Positions 30,148-40,329 of a stretch of 64,000 nt of DNA are shown here, piece by piece. Below the pieces are notes generated by a model. The model was not told the DNA's origin. It saw only the letters and a program-made list of their open reading frames with translations, and did not search any database. The translations under genes were made by a program, and so were the position numbers. This stretch comes from a virus (lineage: Duplodnaviria; Caudoviricetes): positions 24,828-88,827 of the IMG/VR virus record IMGVR_UViG_3300002026_000008. One strand, 5' to 3'. Numbering within the stretch: the first letter of the stretch is position 1; each line of letters begins with the position of its first letter.

Positions 30148-30438
30148 TATTTTTCCTTGGTTTTTATGAAGGGACCAATAATACACGCTAGGGCAAAAAG
30201 AATCAATACCCAGTAGCTCCAAATAAAACTGATTATATCTAGCAGTATCATTATCTAACTCTCGGGTTATTGAATAAAATACACTTTTTTCTCATTGACA
30301 TAGCATTCAAAAATCGTCGATGTGATGTTCGTGTTATTCTAAATGTCCATACTTTTTGCCGGCCATAACCCAACCAATGATTACGAATAGATTGTTGCAT
30401 CGTTTCTTATCACGTTTCATTGGTCTACCGATCAAGAA

Positions 30439-30981
30439 TCAATACAAAGTATCTGGCTTACCGAGACGTTGAAGTTTGCGCTTCGAGCGGTCGATCAGCA
30501 CATCGATATCTGTAGGATCAGATACACTATTTACCGATACCGTAGGAAGAAAAACGGTATTGATAATAGTTGCATACTTGAACATATCACCATTACGCAC
30601 CTCGATTGAATTACTTGGGTGCTGATCCTTAATACGCACTTGTTCACGATTGATACGTGTTACTTTGGTTGCACGGCGCTTGATGCTCTTGATTTCACCG
30701 ATGATAATATTCGTCATCAGGTTAAAGGTGAGCTGATCAATACCAAGCGGCGCAATATCAATATCCTTTACCTTCATCGATAAAGCATCAACAATAAAGT
30801 ACAATGTTTTGACAGTGATAATGTCTGCAACATTAGCATCAACCGCCTGCGTCAAAATCTGTCGTGCACTGTTGATGAAGGCTGACACCTTGCGAATTTC
30901 CTTAGTGTTGCTTCGCACATTCAAGTGCTCAACCAGGTAGATTGCTGCAGGGGTCTTACCGAAAGTAAATTTGTCTAACAT
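30439..30981 (-). CDS. Hypothetical protein
   Basis: 180 aa ORF with GAGG upstream. Confidence 0.6.
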   Translation of the reverse strand: MLDKFTFGKTPAAIYLVEHLNVRSNTKEIRKVSAFINSARQILTQAVDANVADIITVKTLYFIVDALSMKVKDIDIAPLGIDQLTFNLMTNIIIGEIKSIKRRATKVTRINREQVRIKDQHPSNSIEVRNGDMFKYATIINTVFLPTVSVNSVSDPTDIDVLIDRSKRKLQRLGKPDTLY

Positions 30982-31093
30982 TTTATCCTCACTTTATTTT
31001 AATTGCTGATATCACATTATGCCGTACACATCAGCGTCATCCGAAAAAATTAGCTTATAGGTACTATTAACAAAAACGGCATTAAACGGTACA

Positions 31094-31321
31094 CTATTCA
31101 TCAGTATCCACTAAACCTGGCTGCGGCGTCCAGTTTTGTATTTGACCACATTCGAGACAGTATTTCAATTGGATGTAATCACTGCCACAAGACAGACCGA
31201 TCCCATCTGGAATACCATCAACATGCCCAACATTTGTGTCAAGCTGACAGGCAGAAAACAAATCACCGCATTTGCCGCTGATTTGAATAATACGTTCACT
31301 CTTACATTGTGAACAGTTCAT
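31094..31321 (-). CDS. Small zinc-finger-like protein
   Basis: CSQC...KCGD...CLECGQ. Confidence 0.55.
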   Translation of the reverse strand: MNCSQCKSERIIQISGKCGDLFSACQLDTNVGHVDGIPDGIGLSCGSDYIQLKYCLECGQIQNWTPQPGLVDTDE

Positions 31322-31332
31322 TTCATTATCCT

Positions 31333-33210
31333 TTATGCAGCTTGAAGATCAAGCCAGACTTTACGATCACCAGCACGTGAACGGTTAAAAGCAAGATCAA
31401 TCGAATCAAAATCTTGCTCATCAACAATAACAAGGGGTACCAAATATTTGTCTAGATTGCTAACATACTCAGTAAATTCCTTCGTAGTACTAGTACCCAA
31501 ACCTTTGTAATACTTCTTGGTGTATTTCACGTTTGGATTCTTTGCTTCCCATTCGTTAAATACGCTTTCATTGAAGAATTCAAGTGTCTCATTCTTCGTG
31601 AATGCCTTAAGCAATGGTGTTTGAAAGCGATAAATAACACCCATAGTCAATAGTTCAGGCCAGTAAGTACGAATCATATTCAACAACAAACCAGTGATGT
31701 GAAAACCATCAAGGTCTTGGTCAGTCATACAACAGATTCTACCAAATCGAAGTTGTTTGATGTCAGTAATAGGTACACCGATTTGCAATCCGGTGATCTT
31801 GATGAATGCCTGAAAAACTGCATTGTTGTAAACTTTATCAGGATCAACATCACAAACATTAAGTGGTTTGCCTCTCAATGGATACACACCCATCCAACGT
31901 TTATCTGCACAGGATTGAATCGTCTTAGCAGCAGAATCACCTTCAGCAAGGAAGAGAATACATTTGTTACGTTCGTGTCGTTCATTTGCATCAGCGAATT
32001 TTTCGACACGTCGTGGATCAAACTTCTTAACATCCTTATTCATTTCACGCTCTTTAGCGCGCCGAGCAGCTTCTTCCTTTGCTTCAATCAGATCAAGAAC
32101 TGATTGAATGATCGGAGAAGCGACGATCTTCGCAATAATCTTGTCTGATACTTTATACGTTGTCTTCCATTCACCAGGAGGAGAGATCATACTCTCCTTT
32201 GTTTGTGAAGAGAACTTCGGACGGTTGATCGTAGCAGAAACGTAGATACGCATATGAGCGCGGATATCACCAGGCTTCACATCAACCTTTTTCTTCTTCT
32301 TGAAGTATTCACGGAGACGTTCGGTCACTTGGTTGATAATGTAATCACAGTGCATACCGCCATTGTACGTATCAACAGAATTTACGAAGCTGATATGCTC
32401 ATAACCGTCAGATGCACCATATGCGACGGACCAACCTTCATCATTTTCCTCATAGATCACTTCAGGATCATAATACTTTGCATAATCCTTGAAGGTTGCA
32501 ATGTAAATACGAACACCGTTGAAGTAAAACTTTACCTTTGGGTTACATCCTGCAGCATCAACTACCTTCTTAGCGATTTTTGCTTTGTGATCAGCATCCA
32601 TTCCATCCATTGCAAAAAACTTGTAGTCAGGAGTAAATGAAATCTTTGTATATGCACGATCATAAGGCTTTACTTTTGGTTCTGACCTCTTGGTCATACC
32701 TTCACTAAAGTGCATACGTAGAAGTTTCTTACCATCACAACTCTCAATAGCAAATTCGCTTGAGAGCACATTTGTAATGGTTGAACCTACACCGTTCGTT
32801 CCTATCAAAGCTTGGTCATCATCATCATTGAAGTTTGACCCTGCACGAAGATTTGAGAAGATTGTTTCAGCTACAAATTGACCGGTCTGAGGATGTTTTT
32901 CAACAGGAATACCTCTACCATTATCAAACACACTGATTTCACCAGTATCGGAAATTTCAACCTTGATTGTATCAAGGATACCTACAGCGCGCTTTGATTC
33001 GTCAATAGCGTTGTCAAGAATTTCAGAGAAAATCTTGATAAAAGCTGGGATATAACGAATAGTGCGGCGCTCCATTTTCTTTTCTGCTTCATTGAACACC
33101 CATTCTTCAGTATCCTGGAATGAAGTTGAACCGGCATACATACCAGTACGTTTACGGATGTGTTCCACCTCGGAAAGTACCTGGTATGTCTGTGCGATAT
33201 CTTTTGTCAT
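31333..33210 (-). CDS. Type II DNA topoisomerase, GyrB/ParE-like subunit (ATPase + TOPRIM, gp39+gp60-like in one ORF)
   Basis: EILDNAID, DNGRGIP, GTNGVGS, LAEGDSA, PLRGKPLN, TDQDLDG, YYKGLGT. Confidence 0.96.
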   Translation of the reverse strand: MTKDIAQTYQVLSEVEHIRKRTGMYAGSTSFQDTEEWVFNEAEKKMERRTIRYIPAFIKIFSEILDNAIDESKRAVGILDTIKVEISDTGEISVFDNGRGIPVEKHPQTGQFVAETIFSNLRAGSNFNDDDDQALIGTNGVGSTITNVLSSEFAIESCDGKKLLRMHFSEGMTKRSEPKVKPYDRAYTKISFTPDYKFFAMDGMDADHKAKIAKKVVDAAGCNPKVKFYFNGVRIYIATFKDYAKYYDPEVIYEENDEGWSVAYGASDGYEHISFVNSVDTYNGGMHCDYIINQVTERLREYFKKKKKVDVKPGDIRAHMRIYVSATINRPKFSSQTKESMISPPGEWKTTYKVSDKIIAKIVASPIIQSVLDLIEAKEEAARRAKEREMNKDVKKFDPRRVEKFADANERHERNKCILFLAEGDSAAKTIQSCADKRWMGVYPLRGKPLNVCDVDPDKVYNNAVFQAFIKITGLQIGVPITDIKQLRFGRICCMTDQDLDGFHITGLLLNMIRTYWPELLTMGVIYRFQTPLLKAFTKNETLEFFNESVFNEWEAKNPNVKYTKKYYKGLGTSTTKEFTEYVSNLDKYLVPLVIVDEQDFDSIDLAFNRSRAGDRKVWLDLQAA

Positions 33211-33249
33211 TTATGATTTCCTAATTGATGAATTGCTGTACATATGATT

Positions 33250-33279
33250 ATAGTATCATAAACGATAATAAAAGTAAAC
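33250..33279 (-). promoter_or_regulatory. Early promoter
   Basis: GTTTACT-17 nt-TACTAT upstream of topoisomerase. Confidence 0.7.
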
Positions 33280-33305
33280 AGATTGATGTCAAAATATGAA
33301 AAGAT

Positions 33306-33971
33306 TTAAAGAGTTATAGTGAGCAGACCTTTGTCATTCTTAATCGTTCGAACAACTTCATATTCAGCGATGTCGAACTTTGTACCGAATTCAAGCAACG
33401 TCAATTCTTGGGTCTTACGATTACGCAGCACTTGATATTTTTTCTTAGCTGGAGCCTGATAAATTGTGATATCGGCTAATGGAGCACAAAGAATTGATAG
33501 TGAGTTAAATTCGAATACTCCTGGCACAAAAATATCAGTAGTAACAACTATAGTACCTGCTGGATTAAAGGAACTATTAAGTCTTGCCATATACTGATTC
33601 GGGTAAATTGCTTGGCACACCACAGGACCGGTTACCGGTAGATTATAGATCAATGATGTTCCGTGATGGATAAATTGGCCATCAGACATCATGGCCAATG
33701 GAGCCATGCTGAGATCATTTTCGCTGATACCGGCGTTACAATATCTACCATCGTCCATGTATGCACGAGGTACGCAATCACGCATTCTAAACATCATTAA
33801 ACGAAATTCATCATCTCTTGATTCAGGAATATGAGCAATAAACTTAAAAATTTCGCCGTTCCGGCTAACACATAATGCACCAGTCTTTACTAAATCTAAA
33901 TTAAATGGTTGAAAATTTTGAAGTGGGTCAACTTTGATATTTTTTACATCTGCAGTAATTCTAATCGACAT
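33306..33971 (-). CDS. Hypothetical protein
   Basis: 221 aa; FNLDLVKTGALCVSRNG N-terminal module. Confidence 0.6.
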   Translation of the reverse strand: MSIRITADVKNIKVDPLQNFQPFNLDLVKTGALCVSRNGEIFKFIAHIPESRDDEFRLMMFRMRDCVPRAYMDDGRYCNAGISENDLSMAPLAMMSDGQFIHHGTSLIYNLPVTGPVVCQAIYPNQYMARLNSSFNPAGTIVVTTDIFVPGVFEFNSLSILCAPLADITIYQAPAKKKYQVLRNRKTQELTLLEFGTKFDIAEYEVVRTIKNDKGLLTITL

Positions 33972-33985
33972 TTATTTCTCCGTTA

Positions 33986-34438
33986 TTAATCAACAAGGTT
34001 AAACAGTTCTGATTCTTTGGTCCAATTATATGATGTACCATTATATGAATACACCCAATAATACGCCTGATTACAACCACTTTCAAATTGCACAGGTTTG
34101 GATAAATCCATAGCTACTACAAGTTCTGTGGTAATATTATTAGGTATTGTCAATTGTGCTCTAGTGGTGACAGGGGCCATATATGAAACGTTGTTGTCAC
34201 GAGCCAATAAACTTGGTAACTCTACGGGTTTTACTTCTTGTGCAGATACAGTATCAGTGACAGTTGACTCTGTTTGATCCAACTTCATATCATTAAGGAT
34301 TTCAAACTTTGCAGCAGAAATAATAGCACTAACAATTTGTTCAGATAACACAATAAAGTTATTCGTATAATTATCTGCTAAACTACACATAATATGCACA
34401 GCTTCTTCTGCTGCAACATTCTTAATTTTTTCAGTCAT
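33986..34438 (-). CDS. Hypothetical protein
   Basis: 150 aa ORF. Confidence 0.55.
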   Translation of the reverse strand: MTEKIKNVAAEEAVHIMCSLADNYTNNFIVLSEQIVSAIISAAKFEILNDMKLDQTESTVTDTVSAQEVKPVELPSLLARDNNVSYMAPVTTRAQLTIPNNITTELVVAMDLSKPVQFESGCNQAYYWVYSYNGTSYNWTKESELFNLVD

Positions 34439-34616
34439 ATCAGTTCCTTGCTATTTAAACCACCAGAAGACAGGAGTAACACAGATAATGCGGTCATACT
34501 TCGAAACAGTTCTCATTGTTCGCCAACTGATGACAGCAGTCACTTTATCGTATTCTCGTGTTTGATCATTGTACAACCATTTAGCAAATATTTTGCTATA
34601 TACCAAGCACAGTAAT

Positions 34617-34979
34617 TTATTCACCCATCACCTTTACATTCTGTTTTCTGAGAATATTAATCTCATTAAAGGTATTGCGCATAATCAGAATACTAATGGC
34701 TAATGCTATTCCCGTAAACCATGCGCCGAACCAAACAAGAACTAGCACGTACGATACGCTAATCATAAACGACAATTGAGGAAAAATTGGGTATCCAATT
34801 TTTCCATCAACAGCAATCTTTGTTCGTGTGTCTTCAGATATCAAAAGTAATGATACTATCAATCTGAACCAACTAATAAACAGCACTAAATTGATTGCAC
34901 CATTGATGTTACCGAAAAAACCATACCAGAATGCAGCAGCTAAAACAATCTGATAAATAAACCATTTTACATATGCCAT
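34617..34979 (-). CDS. Membrane protein
   Basis: Multiple hydrophobic segments. Confidence 0.55.
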   Translation of the reverse strand: MAYVKWFIYQIVLAAAFWYGFFGNINGAINLVLFISWFRLIVSLLLISEDTRTKIAVDGKIGYPIFPQLSFMISVSYVLVLVWFGAWFTGIALAISILIMRNTFNEINILRKQNVKVMGE

Positions 34980-34992
34980 AAGTATTATCCTG

Positions 34993-35694
34993 TTATAAAA
35001 ATTTGTTAAGTACCGCTTTTAATTCAATGCAGGTAAGTGCAGCACCATTCGCTTTACTATATCGATATACCCGGTCTGCATACATCTGTTTCTGCTTATT
35101 ACAATATACATCTAATGACGTTTCATCTACTTTCATTTCTTCTGCATCACGAATAATAGCATAACCACCATAACAACCTTCAGCCTGATTAACTAATTTA
35201 CCGATATATGACAGTGATTCATTTTCATTTAAATGTAGTTTTGATGGCACGGCATCACAGATAATACCAGCAAATTTTAATGCATCTTTAGTTGCCTTTA
35301 ACACGACTAAAAGCTCCAACTGTTCTTTTAAAAGTTGGTCACGCTCATTTTCCAATTTCGTAATCAAAGCATCCTGCGGTTCTATGCCTGTTATTGTAGC
35401 CTTCTTTGAAAATATGTATGTGCTATCAGTGAATAAATTTGGTGGAAGTTTAAAAGCATAATCAACACTTTGTCCAAACCCTGTTACATTGTAGTCAATT
35501 TGCTCAGTGAATGTTGCAACTTCACCATCTGCCTTTTGATATAAGGCACAACTAGAAATACGAGAATCCGGATTACTCGACAAAATGCATTTCGATGACC
35601 CCAATACTGTTCTAGGGGCAGTTCGATGCAGACACCGACCATGTTTAAAACACTGACAATCAACCGTCATAAATAAACCTTTCCGGATGTTCAA
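34993..35694 (-). CDS. Hypothetical protein
   Basis: 233 aa; Cys-rich N-terminus, coiled-coil centre. Confidence 0.55.
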   Translation of the reverse strand: MNIRKGLFMTVDCQCFKHGRCLHRTAPRTVLGSSKCILSSNPDSRISSCALYQKADGEVATFTEQIDYNVTGFGQSVDYAFKLPPNLFTDSTYIFSKKATITGIEPQDALITKLENERDQLLKEQLELLVVLKATKDALKFAGIICDAVPSKLHLNENESLSYIGKLVNQAEGCYGGYAIIRDAEEMKVDETSLDVYCNKQKQMYADRVYRYSKANGAALTCIELKAVLNKFL

Positions 35695-35909
35695 AACAGT
35701 CGTGATAGTAAATAATTAAAACCGAAATTAATCCGTTTAAATTTTTCCATATCTTCTAATAGAGTGTTAAATGCTGAATCTGCCTGCACATAACTTTCAA
35801 AACCGATGATCGTAGTTTGGCACATTTGATTCGATTCACGCACAATCAAACATATTTGATAACTCATTTCTATTCCTTTTATAGTATAAGATATAAATAT
35901 AACAAGAAC

Positions 35910-35939
35910 ATTTTATCATATCGCTTTATGAAAGTAAAC
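35910..35939 (-). promoter_or_regulatory. Early promoter
   Basis: GTTTACT-17 nt-TAAAAT. Confidence 0.65.
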
Positions 35940-35955
35940 AGTGCGACAGTATGAT

Positions 35956-35969
35956 TATAAATATAAATA
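35956..35969 (+). promoter_or_regulatory. T4-type late promoter (two overlapping TATAAATA)
   Basis: TATAAATA at 35956-35963 and 35962-35969, ahead of LRR genes. Confidence 0.75.
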
Positions 35970-35996
35970 TTAATTCACACTAGGTAAATGAGTATT

Positions 35997-36764
35997 ATGA
36001 AATTTTCACATTATCTCCAAGAAGCCGTTAAACCGTTATTGACGGATAAAAGCAAGATTCATAACTTTCTGTATGTGAATTTTATACGATCCAATAGTAT
36101 CACTATTCACGATAATGGAGTAGTTGATGTCGCCGACAATATCAATCTGAGTAACTGTGATTTAACAGAACTTCCTATCCAATTTGGCAACGTGACAGGT
36201 AGATTTGATATTAGTAGCAATAAAAAACTGAAAAGTCTTCGCGGTTGTCCAAGAATTGTTAATGGTGCGTTTAATGCTAACAATACTAGCATAACGTCAT
36301 TAGATTATACCCCAGAGGAATGTTCATCTTTTTCTATTAGCGATAATAAAAATTTAACATCTCTAAAAGGTATTGAAAAACTTAATAGGTGTGCTAGTTT
36401 CTATATCACAAATACCAATATTGATGGTTTAGAGTTTTTACAGAGTAAAGAGGCTAGCCTGTTATCTATATGCTACAATCCGCGAGTAACATCACTGCAC
36501 AATATTCACATAAAATGCCCAAATTTGGAAAATCTGTATATATCTCCGAAATTTATTAAACGTGAGGTTCTAGGATTGTTGATGCTAAAGCAGCTTAAAC
36601 AGCTTAAAGTGCTAGATGACGAAATGAATGCAGCTATACCCAATAAGTCAGTATGGGCAAAAATAGTATTAAAATATATTGGTAAGAAATTCGATCGGCA
36701 GAATGTCGTAGAGTGTCAACGTGAATTAATAGACGCAGATTTGTCAGAATATGCAAAATTATAA
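35997..36764 (+). CDS. LRR-like repeat protein, paralogue A
   Basis: MKFSHYLQE start; repeats F..S.N..L.SL.G.P..V.G; C-terminus ECQRELIDADLSEYAKL. Confidence 0.8.
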   Translation: MKFSHYLQEAVKPLLTDKSKIHNFLYVNFIRSNSITIHDNGVVDVADNINLSNCDLTELPIQFGNVTGRFDISSNKKLKSLRGCPRIVNGAFNANNTSITSLDYTPEECSSFSISDNKNLTSLKGIEKLNRCASFYITNTNIDGLEFLQSKEASLLSICYNPRVTSLHNIHIKCPNLENLYISPKFIKREVLGLLMLKQLKQLKVLDDEMNAAIPNKSVWAKIVLKYIGKKFDRQNVVECQRELIDADLSEYAKL

Positions 36765-36774
36765 GGGAAATAAA

Positions 36775-37641
36775 ATGAAATTCATGGATTTTTTAGTAGA
36801 AGGTAAACCCATTCTGCTCAAGTCTGCAGTTGAAATTGAAACATGGTTGACAAAACATCATATCAAAGATTTTGTTATAACTGAGATAGATGGATCATTA
36901 ACTGTACGTGTTAATGGTAATGTTAAATTTGAGAATGCTCATATTGAATATTTACCTGTTGTTTTTACCGAAGTAACAGGCACTTTCATCATTAATAAGT
37001 GTGGATTAAAATCACTTAAGGGTGTACCACAAATAATCGATGGTAATTTTAATTGTTCAAACAACAGACTTCAATCACTTAGTTATGGACCAACTAATGT
37101 CGGCGGTGATTATAGCTGTAGTTACAATTTATTAACAATGCTAAAAAGCCCACTTAAACAATTAGCCGGAGGTTTCGACTTTTCACGCAATGTAAAATTG
37201 AAATCTATGGAAGGTATCATTGATATTGTTAATGGTGAAATGGATGGATCAAACTGTGATTTAAGATCACTAGAATTTTCGCCTAAAGAAGTTAATGGTA
37301 CTTATAACGTTGGTGAGAATTTTAATCTCACATCATTAGAACATATTACACCAATTATTGGTGGTGATGTTTACTTCAATTTGTGTAAGATTGAAAGTTT
37401 ACGACACATTGCAAAATACCTTAAGAAATGTAAAACTTTCTATGTTACAAAAACGGTTATAAAAGAAATGATGGGACTGGTGATATTGAATTGTGAAACA
37501 TTGTCATCTGATGTTTACGGTGATGAATATATTTGTAATAGAGCACTTGCAATTATTTTAAAATACCGCAAATCAAAGAAAGTTTTAGACTGTCAAGAAG
37601 AATTAATTGCTGCTGAATTAGAAGGTCCTGCTGGCGGTTAA
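36775..37641 (+). CDS. LRR-like repeat protein, paralogue B
   Basis: MKFMDFLVE start; FNCSNNRLQSLSYGPTNVGGDYSCSYNLLTML repeats; C-terminus DCQEELIAAEL. Confidence 0.8.
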   Translation: MKFMDFLVEGKPILLKSAVEIETWLTKHHIKDFVITEIDGSLTVRVNGNVKFENAHIEYLPVVFTEVTGTFIINKCGLKSLKGVPQIIDGNFNCSNNRLQSLSYGPTNVGGDYSCSYNLLTMLKSPLKQLAGGFDFSRNVKLKSMEGIIDIVNGEMDGSNCDLRSLEFSPKEVNGTYNVGENFNLTSLEHITPIIGGDVYFNLCKIESLRHIAKYLKKCKTFYVTKTVIKEMMGLVILNCETLSSDVYGDEYICNRALAIILKYRKSKKVLDCQEELIAAELEGPAGG

Positions 37642-38084
37642 TCGTACTTATCCATTCCTTTGATAACAACGCTGATAATTTCAGCAAATGGACCTTGTTT
37701 TTTTGCAGCAAGGTCCATTAGTATTGATTTAATGTGGTTGTCACCACATTTTGTTAGTCTTAAAATTCTAACGAATTCTATTGTGAATGAAATAACTCGA
37801 GCTACTGATAGTTGTTTAATTGTGTTAATGTCACTTCTCAAAAAACCTAGTGATACAATTAAAGCAATAATTCCATATTCAATTGACTCACTAAACCCTA
37901 ATATTAATAAGGTCGTAGCAAATATAAAATCTAACGCCAATCTGCAAACACGCTTAACACTAAAATCAAAAATTACAGCTTTTAGTATCGCCATACGTGA
38001 TACAATCTGTAATTGAACATCAAATGGTAATAACATTAAGTGTTGATTAACATCATCAAGCATTTCACTAATTGGTGAATTCAT
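37638..38084 (-). CDS. Membrane protein
   Basis: Probable start MNSPISE (upstream extension of the ORF call is promoter DNA); two TM segments. Confidence 0.55.
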   Translation of the reverse strand: MNSPISEMLDDVNQHLMLLPFDVQLQIVSRMAILKAVIFDFSVKRVCRLALDFIFATTLLILGFSESIEYGIIALIVSLGFLRSDINTIKQLSVARVISFTIEFVRILRLTKCGDNHIKSILMDLAAKKQGPFAEIISVVIKGMDKYD

Positions 38085-38106
38085 ATATTCCTTTTCAATA
38101 ATTGAA

Positions 38107-38136
38107 ATTATAACATCATTTGTATGAAAAGTAAAC
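38107..38136 (-). promoter_or_regulatory. Early promoter
   Basis: GTTTACT-17 nt-TATAAT. Confidence 0.7.
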
Positions 38137-38178
38137 AATGTTTGATAAATAAACTATAACAACAATACCGGAGTGATC

Positions 38179-38547
38179 ATGGAAACTTTTTTAAATATGT
38201 TGAAAAATGCTTTTGCTTCTTTTCAATTTACACCACACATCACATTCATTCTAGTAATATTTTTACTAGCACTGTATTTATGGTTTAAGGCATCAAAAAG
38301 AATAGATGATGCATTAGACTGGGTAGATTTGATAATTGAACCAACAACCGGTAAATTATCAACAACTAAACTAGGCCATTTATTTGGTATAGTTATTTCA
38401 TCATGGGTTATCGTTACATTGACAGGCATTGACAAACTAACATTTGATATTTTTGGTTTATATTTAGCTTATGTTGGTGGTACATCTGGTTGGTCATCAT
38501 ATGTCAAGGCCAAATTTAATTCTACTGAAGATAAAACTGGAAAATGA
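38179..38547 (+). CDS. Membrane protein, possibly holin-like
   Basis: Three hydrophobic segments; GKLSTTKLGHLFGIVISSWV; ATAAATA upstream at 38145-38151. Confidence 0.5.
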   Translation: METFLNMLKNAFASFQFTPHITFILVIFLLALYLWFKASKRIDDALDWVDLIIEPTTGKLSTTKLGHLFGIVISSWVIVTLTGIDKLTFDIFGLYLAYVGGTSGWSSYVKAKFNSTEDKTGK

Positions 38548-39155
38548 AAATACTACAAGAACTTCTCAATATAAATTCTCGAATTATGCTAGAACGGGAG
38601 GGTGAGAGATATTACACAGAGCACGAAATTGAAAAATTAAGTGCACCGTCTGAACATAATACAAACACCATCTGCAAAGTTGGTAAAGTTGTATTTGATC
38701 AAATTAATGGGTTAGGTCAAACACCATATAATACCGATATTTTCTATTTCGGTTTTATTGCAATGATGACACCAAAGAATTTTTTGAAATTAGCTGCATC
38801 TGGCGGACGTCAACGAGAAGAAGCTGGACGTGATTTGCAAAAAGAAATAGAAAAAGGTAGATCGATTGCATCGCCATTTCTAGAAATCCCAGGTCGTGAT
38901 GTGAAAGATAGAACGGAATTCATTCGAGTTCATGGGCATGAGGGACGTGGTAGATGTAACGCCATGGTAGAAATGGGAATGGGATCGAAATTAATTCCTG
39001 TGCACATATTAACTAATCCTATTCGTGCACGATCATTAGTACAAGAAGACATTGAGCATATAGCTAAAAGCTTTACATCTGAATCGAATGGCGAGTTAGT
39101 AACCAATGTATTTAAGACATACTTCTTAGATCACGAAAACTATACAATAAAATAG
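38544..39155 (+). CDS. ParB/Srx-like domain protein (tentative)
   Basis: SPFL...IRVHGHEGRGRCNAMVEMG...IPVHI resembles ParB N-terminal GxxR motif. Confidence 0.45.
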   Translation: MKILQELLNINSRIMLEREGERYYTEHEIEKLSAPSEHNTNTICKVGKVVFDQINGLGQTPYNTDIFYFGFIAMMTPKNFLKLAASGGRQREEAGRDLQKEIEKGRSIASPFLEIPGRDVKDRTEFIRVHGHEGRGRCNAMVEMGMGSKLIPVHILTNPIRARSLVQEDIEHIAKSFTSESNGELVTNVFKTYFLDHENYTIK

Positions 39156-39170
39156 CATCTTTTATGAATA

Positions 39171-39620
39171 CGAGTGAGCGTCAGCGAACGAGTTTCATAA
39201 AAGATCGATGAGATAGCTTCTTATCTCATCGTGTTTCTGGATCAGACCCAAATTAGTCATTAGTATAGAGCTGTCAACTTGCTGCAAGCAGCAGGCGCTA
39301 TCGATTTGCTCGTTCGCTGACGCTCACTCGACAAATCAGATAACGCCGAGAAAGTAATTGATGAATTTTGTATATTTGGAATGTACGTTTGAATTCTTCA
39401 CGTCACAAAGCCTCTACTGACCGTCCCGTTATGCTTTAACGTTTGATTACTTGTAGAGCGCAAATTCACGCTGCCGTCCAGGTGGCTGTTTACCGGCTTT
39501 TATCTACAACGGCGATCTATCAATTTAAATACATCTTAAATTGAAAGCCGACGGCTATATCTCTTCATTAACAGTAATCAACGTGTAAATGAAGGAGTGA
39601 GAAATGTCTTTCTCATTCTG
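39171..39620. other. Structured non-coding element (ncRNA or origin-like)
   Basis: 22-bp perfect inverted repeat 39171-39192/39309-39330 enclosing further hairpins, followed by at least four more stems; no ORF over 60 aa. Confidence 0.6.
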
Positions 39621-39981
39621 GATGTTTAACGTCTATCTATAACTCTTCTTAGGACATTATCGAGAGTATATTAGGATGTGCAAACCTGTAACACCTTAGA
39701 TCGACTTCGAATATTACATTCACGAGATTACAAGCTATCAACTTAATGCCGCTTTCACCACGCTCAATACCAGAAAATACATTGCTAACAAAGTTAGAAG
39801 CATCAATATAGATTCTTTTAAGACAAAATTTGGATTTGATTTTAATAATTACAAAACAGGCAAATTCGCTTTGCAAGAGGCGGTGTCTGTACCAGTTGAA
39901 ATGTGGTACGCGGAGATGTACTATAATTTTATATATAGCGTCGCCGACCACTTTTCACTGATACAAACACAAGAATGAAGT

Positions 39982-40329
39982 TTATTCAATAGGCACGTTA
40001 AAGTGTGGATGTGTTCCATTGAATCCACACTCTCTAAAAAACTGAATATAATTTTCCAGTAAGTGTTTTTGATCGGGCTTATCTTTAATAACTGCTCGAA
40101 GATCAATAATAAACATTGATGCCGCACGATATGCTTTTGCACCATCTAATTTATCATCGGTTGATTGCATAATAATCCCTGCATCATCTAATCGTTGCTG
40201 ACAATAGTAGTATGCTCCTTTTGCAATATCACCTTTCATCCATTCATCATGCGCCATACTGCAATTGAGGGATAACAACTCGAGAATCTTATTAACTTGT
40301 TCTCGTAAAGGCTGTAAATTATATTCCAT
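39982..40329 (-). CDS. Hypothetical protein
   Basis: Probable start MEYNLQ at 40329. Confidence 0.55.
   Translation of the reverse strand: MEYNLQPLREQVNKILELLSLNCSMAHDEWMKGDIAKGAYYYCQQRLDDAGIIMQSTDDKLDGAKAYRAASMFIIDLRAVIKDKPDQKHLLENYIQFFRECGFNGTHPHFNVPIE

Noticed and set aside
38087-38138. N-terminal extension MFTFHTND of ORF 37638..38138
   Set aside because: Overlaps an early promoter motif (38107-38136); a better start with RBS is at 38084.
39540-39700. Group I intron hypothesis for the structured element (minus-strand GAGAUAUAGCC resembles J8/7-P7; plus-strand G before the 39700 frame)
   Set aside because: No complementary P7 5' strand found upstream; the AGCC pairs locally with GGCT; no flanking split gene identified.
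39649-39951. 100-aa minus-strand ORF in the track
   Set aside because: Unnatural composition and exactly antisense to a more protein-like + frame.
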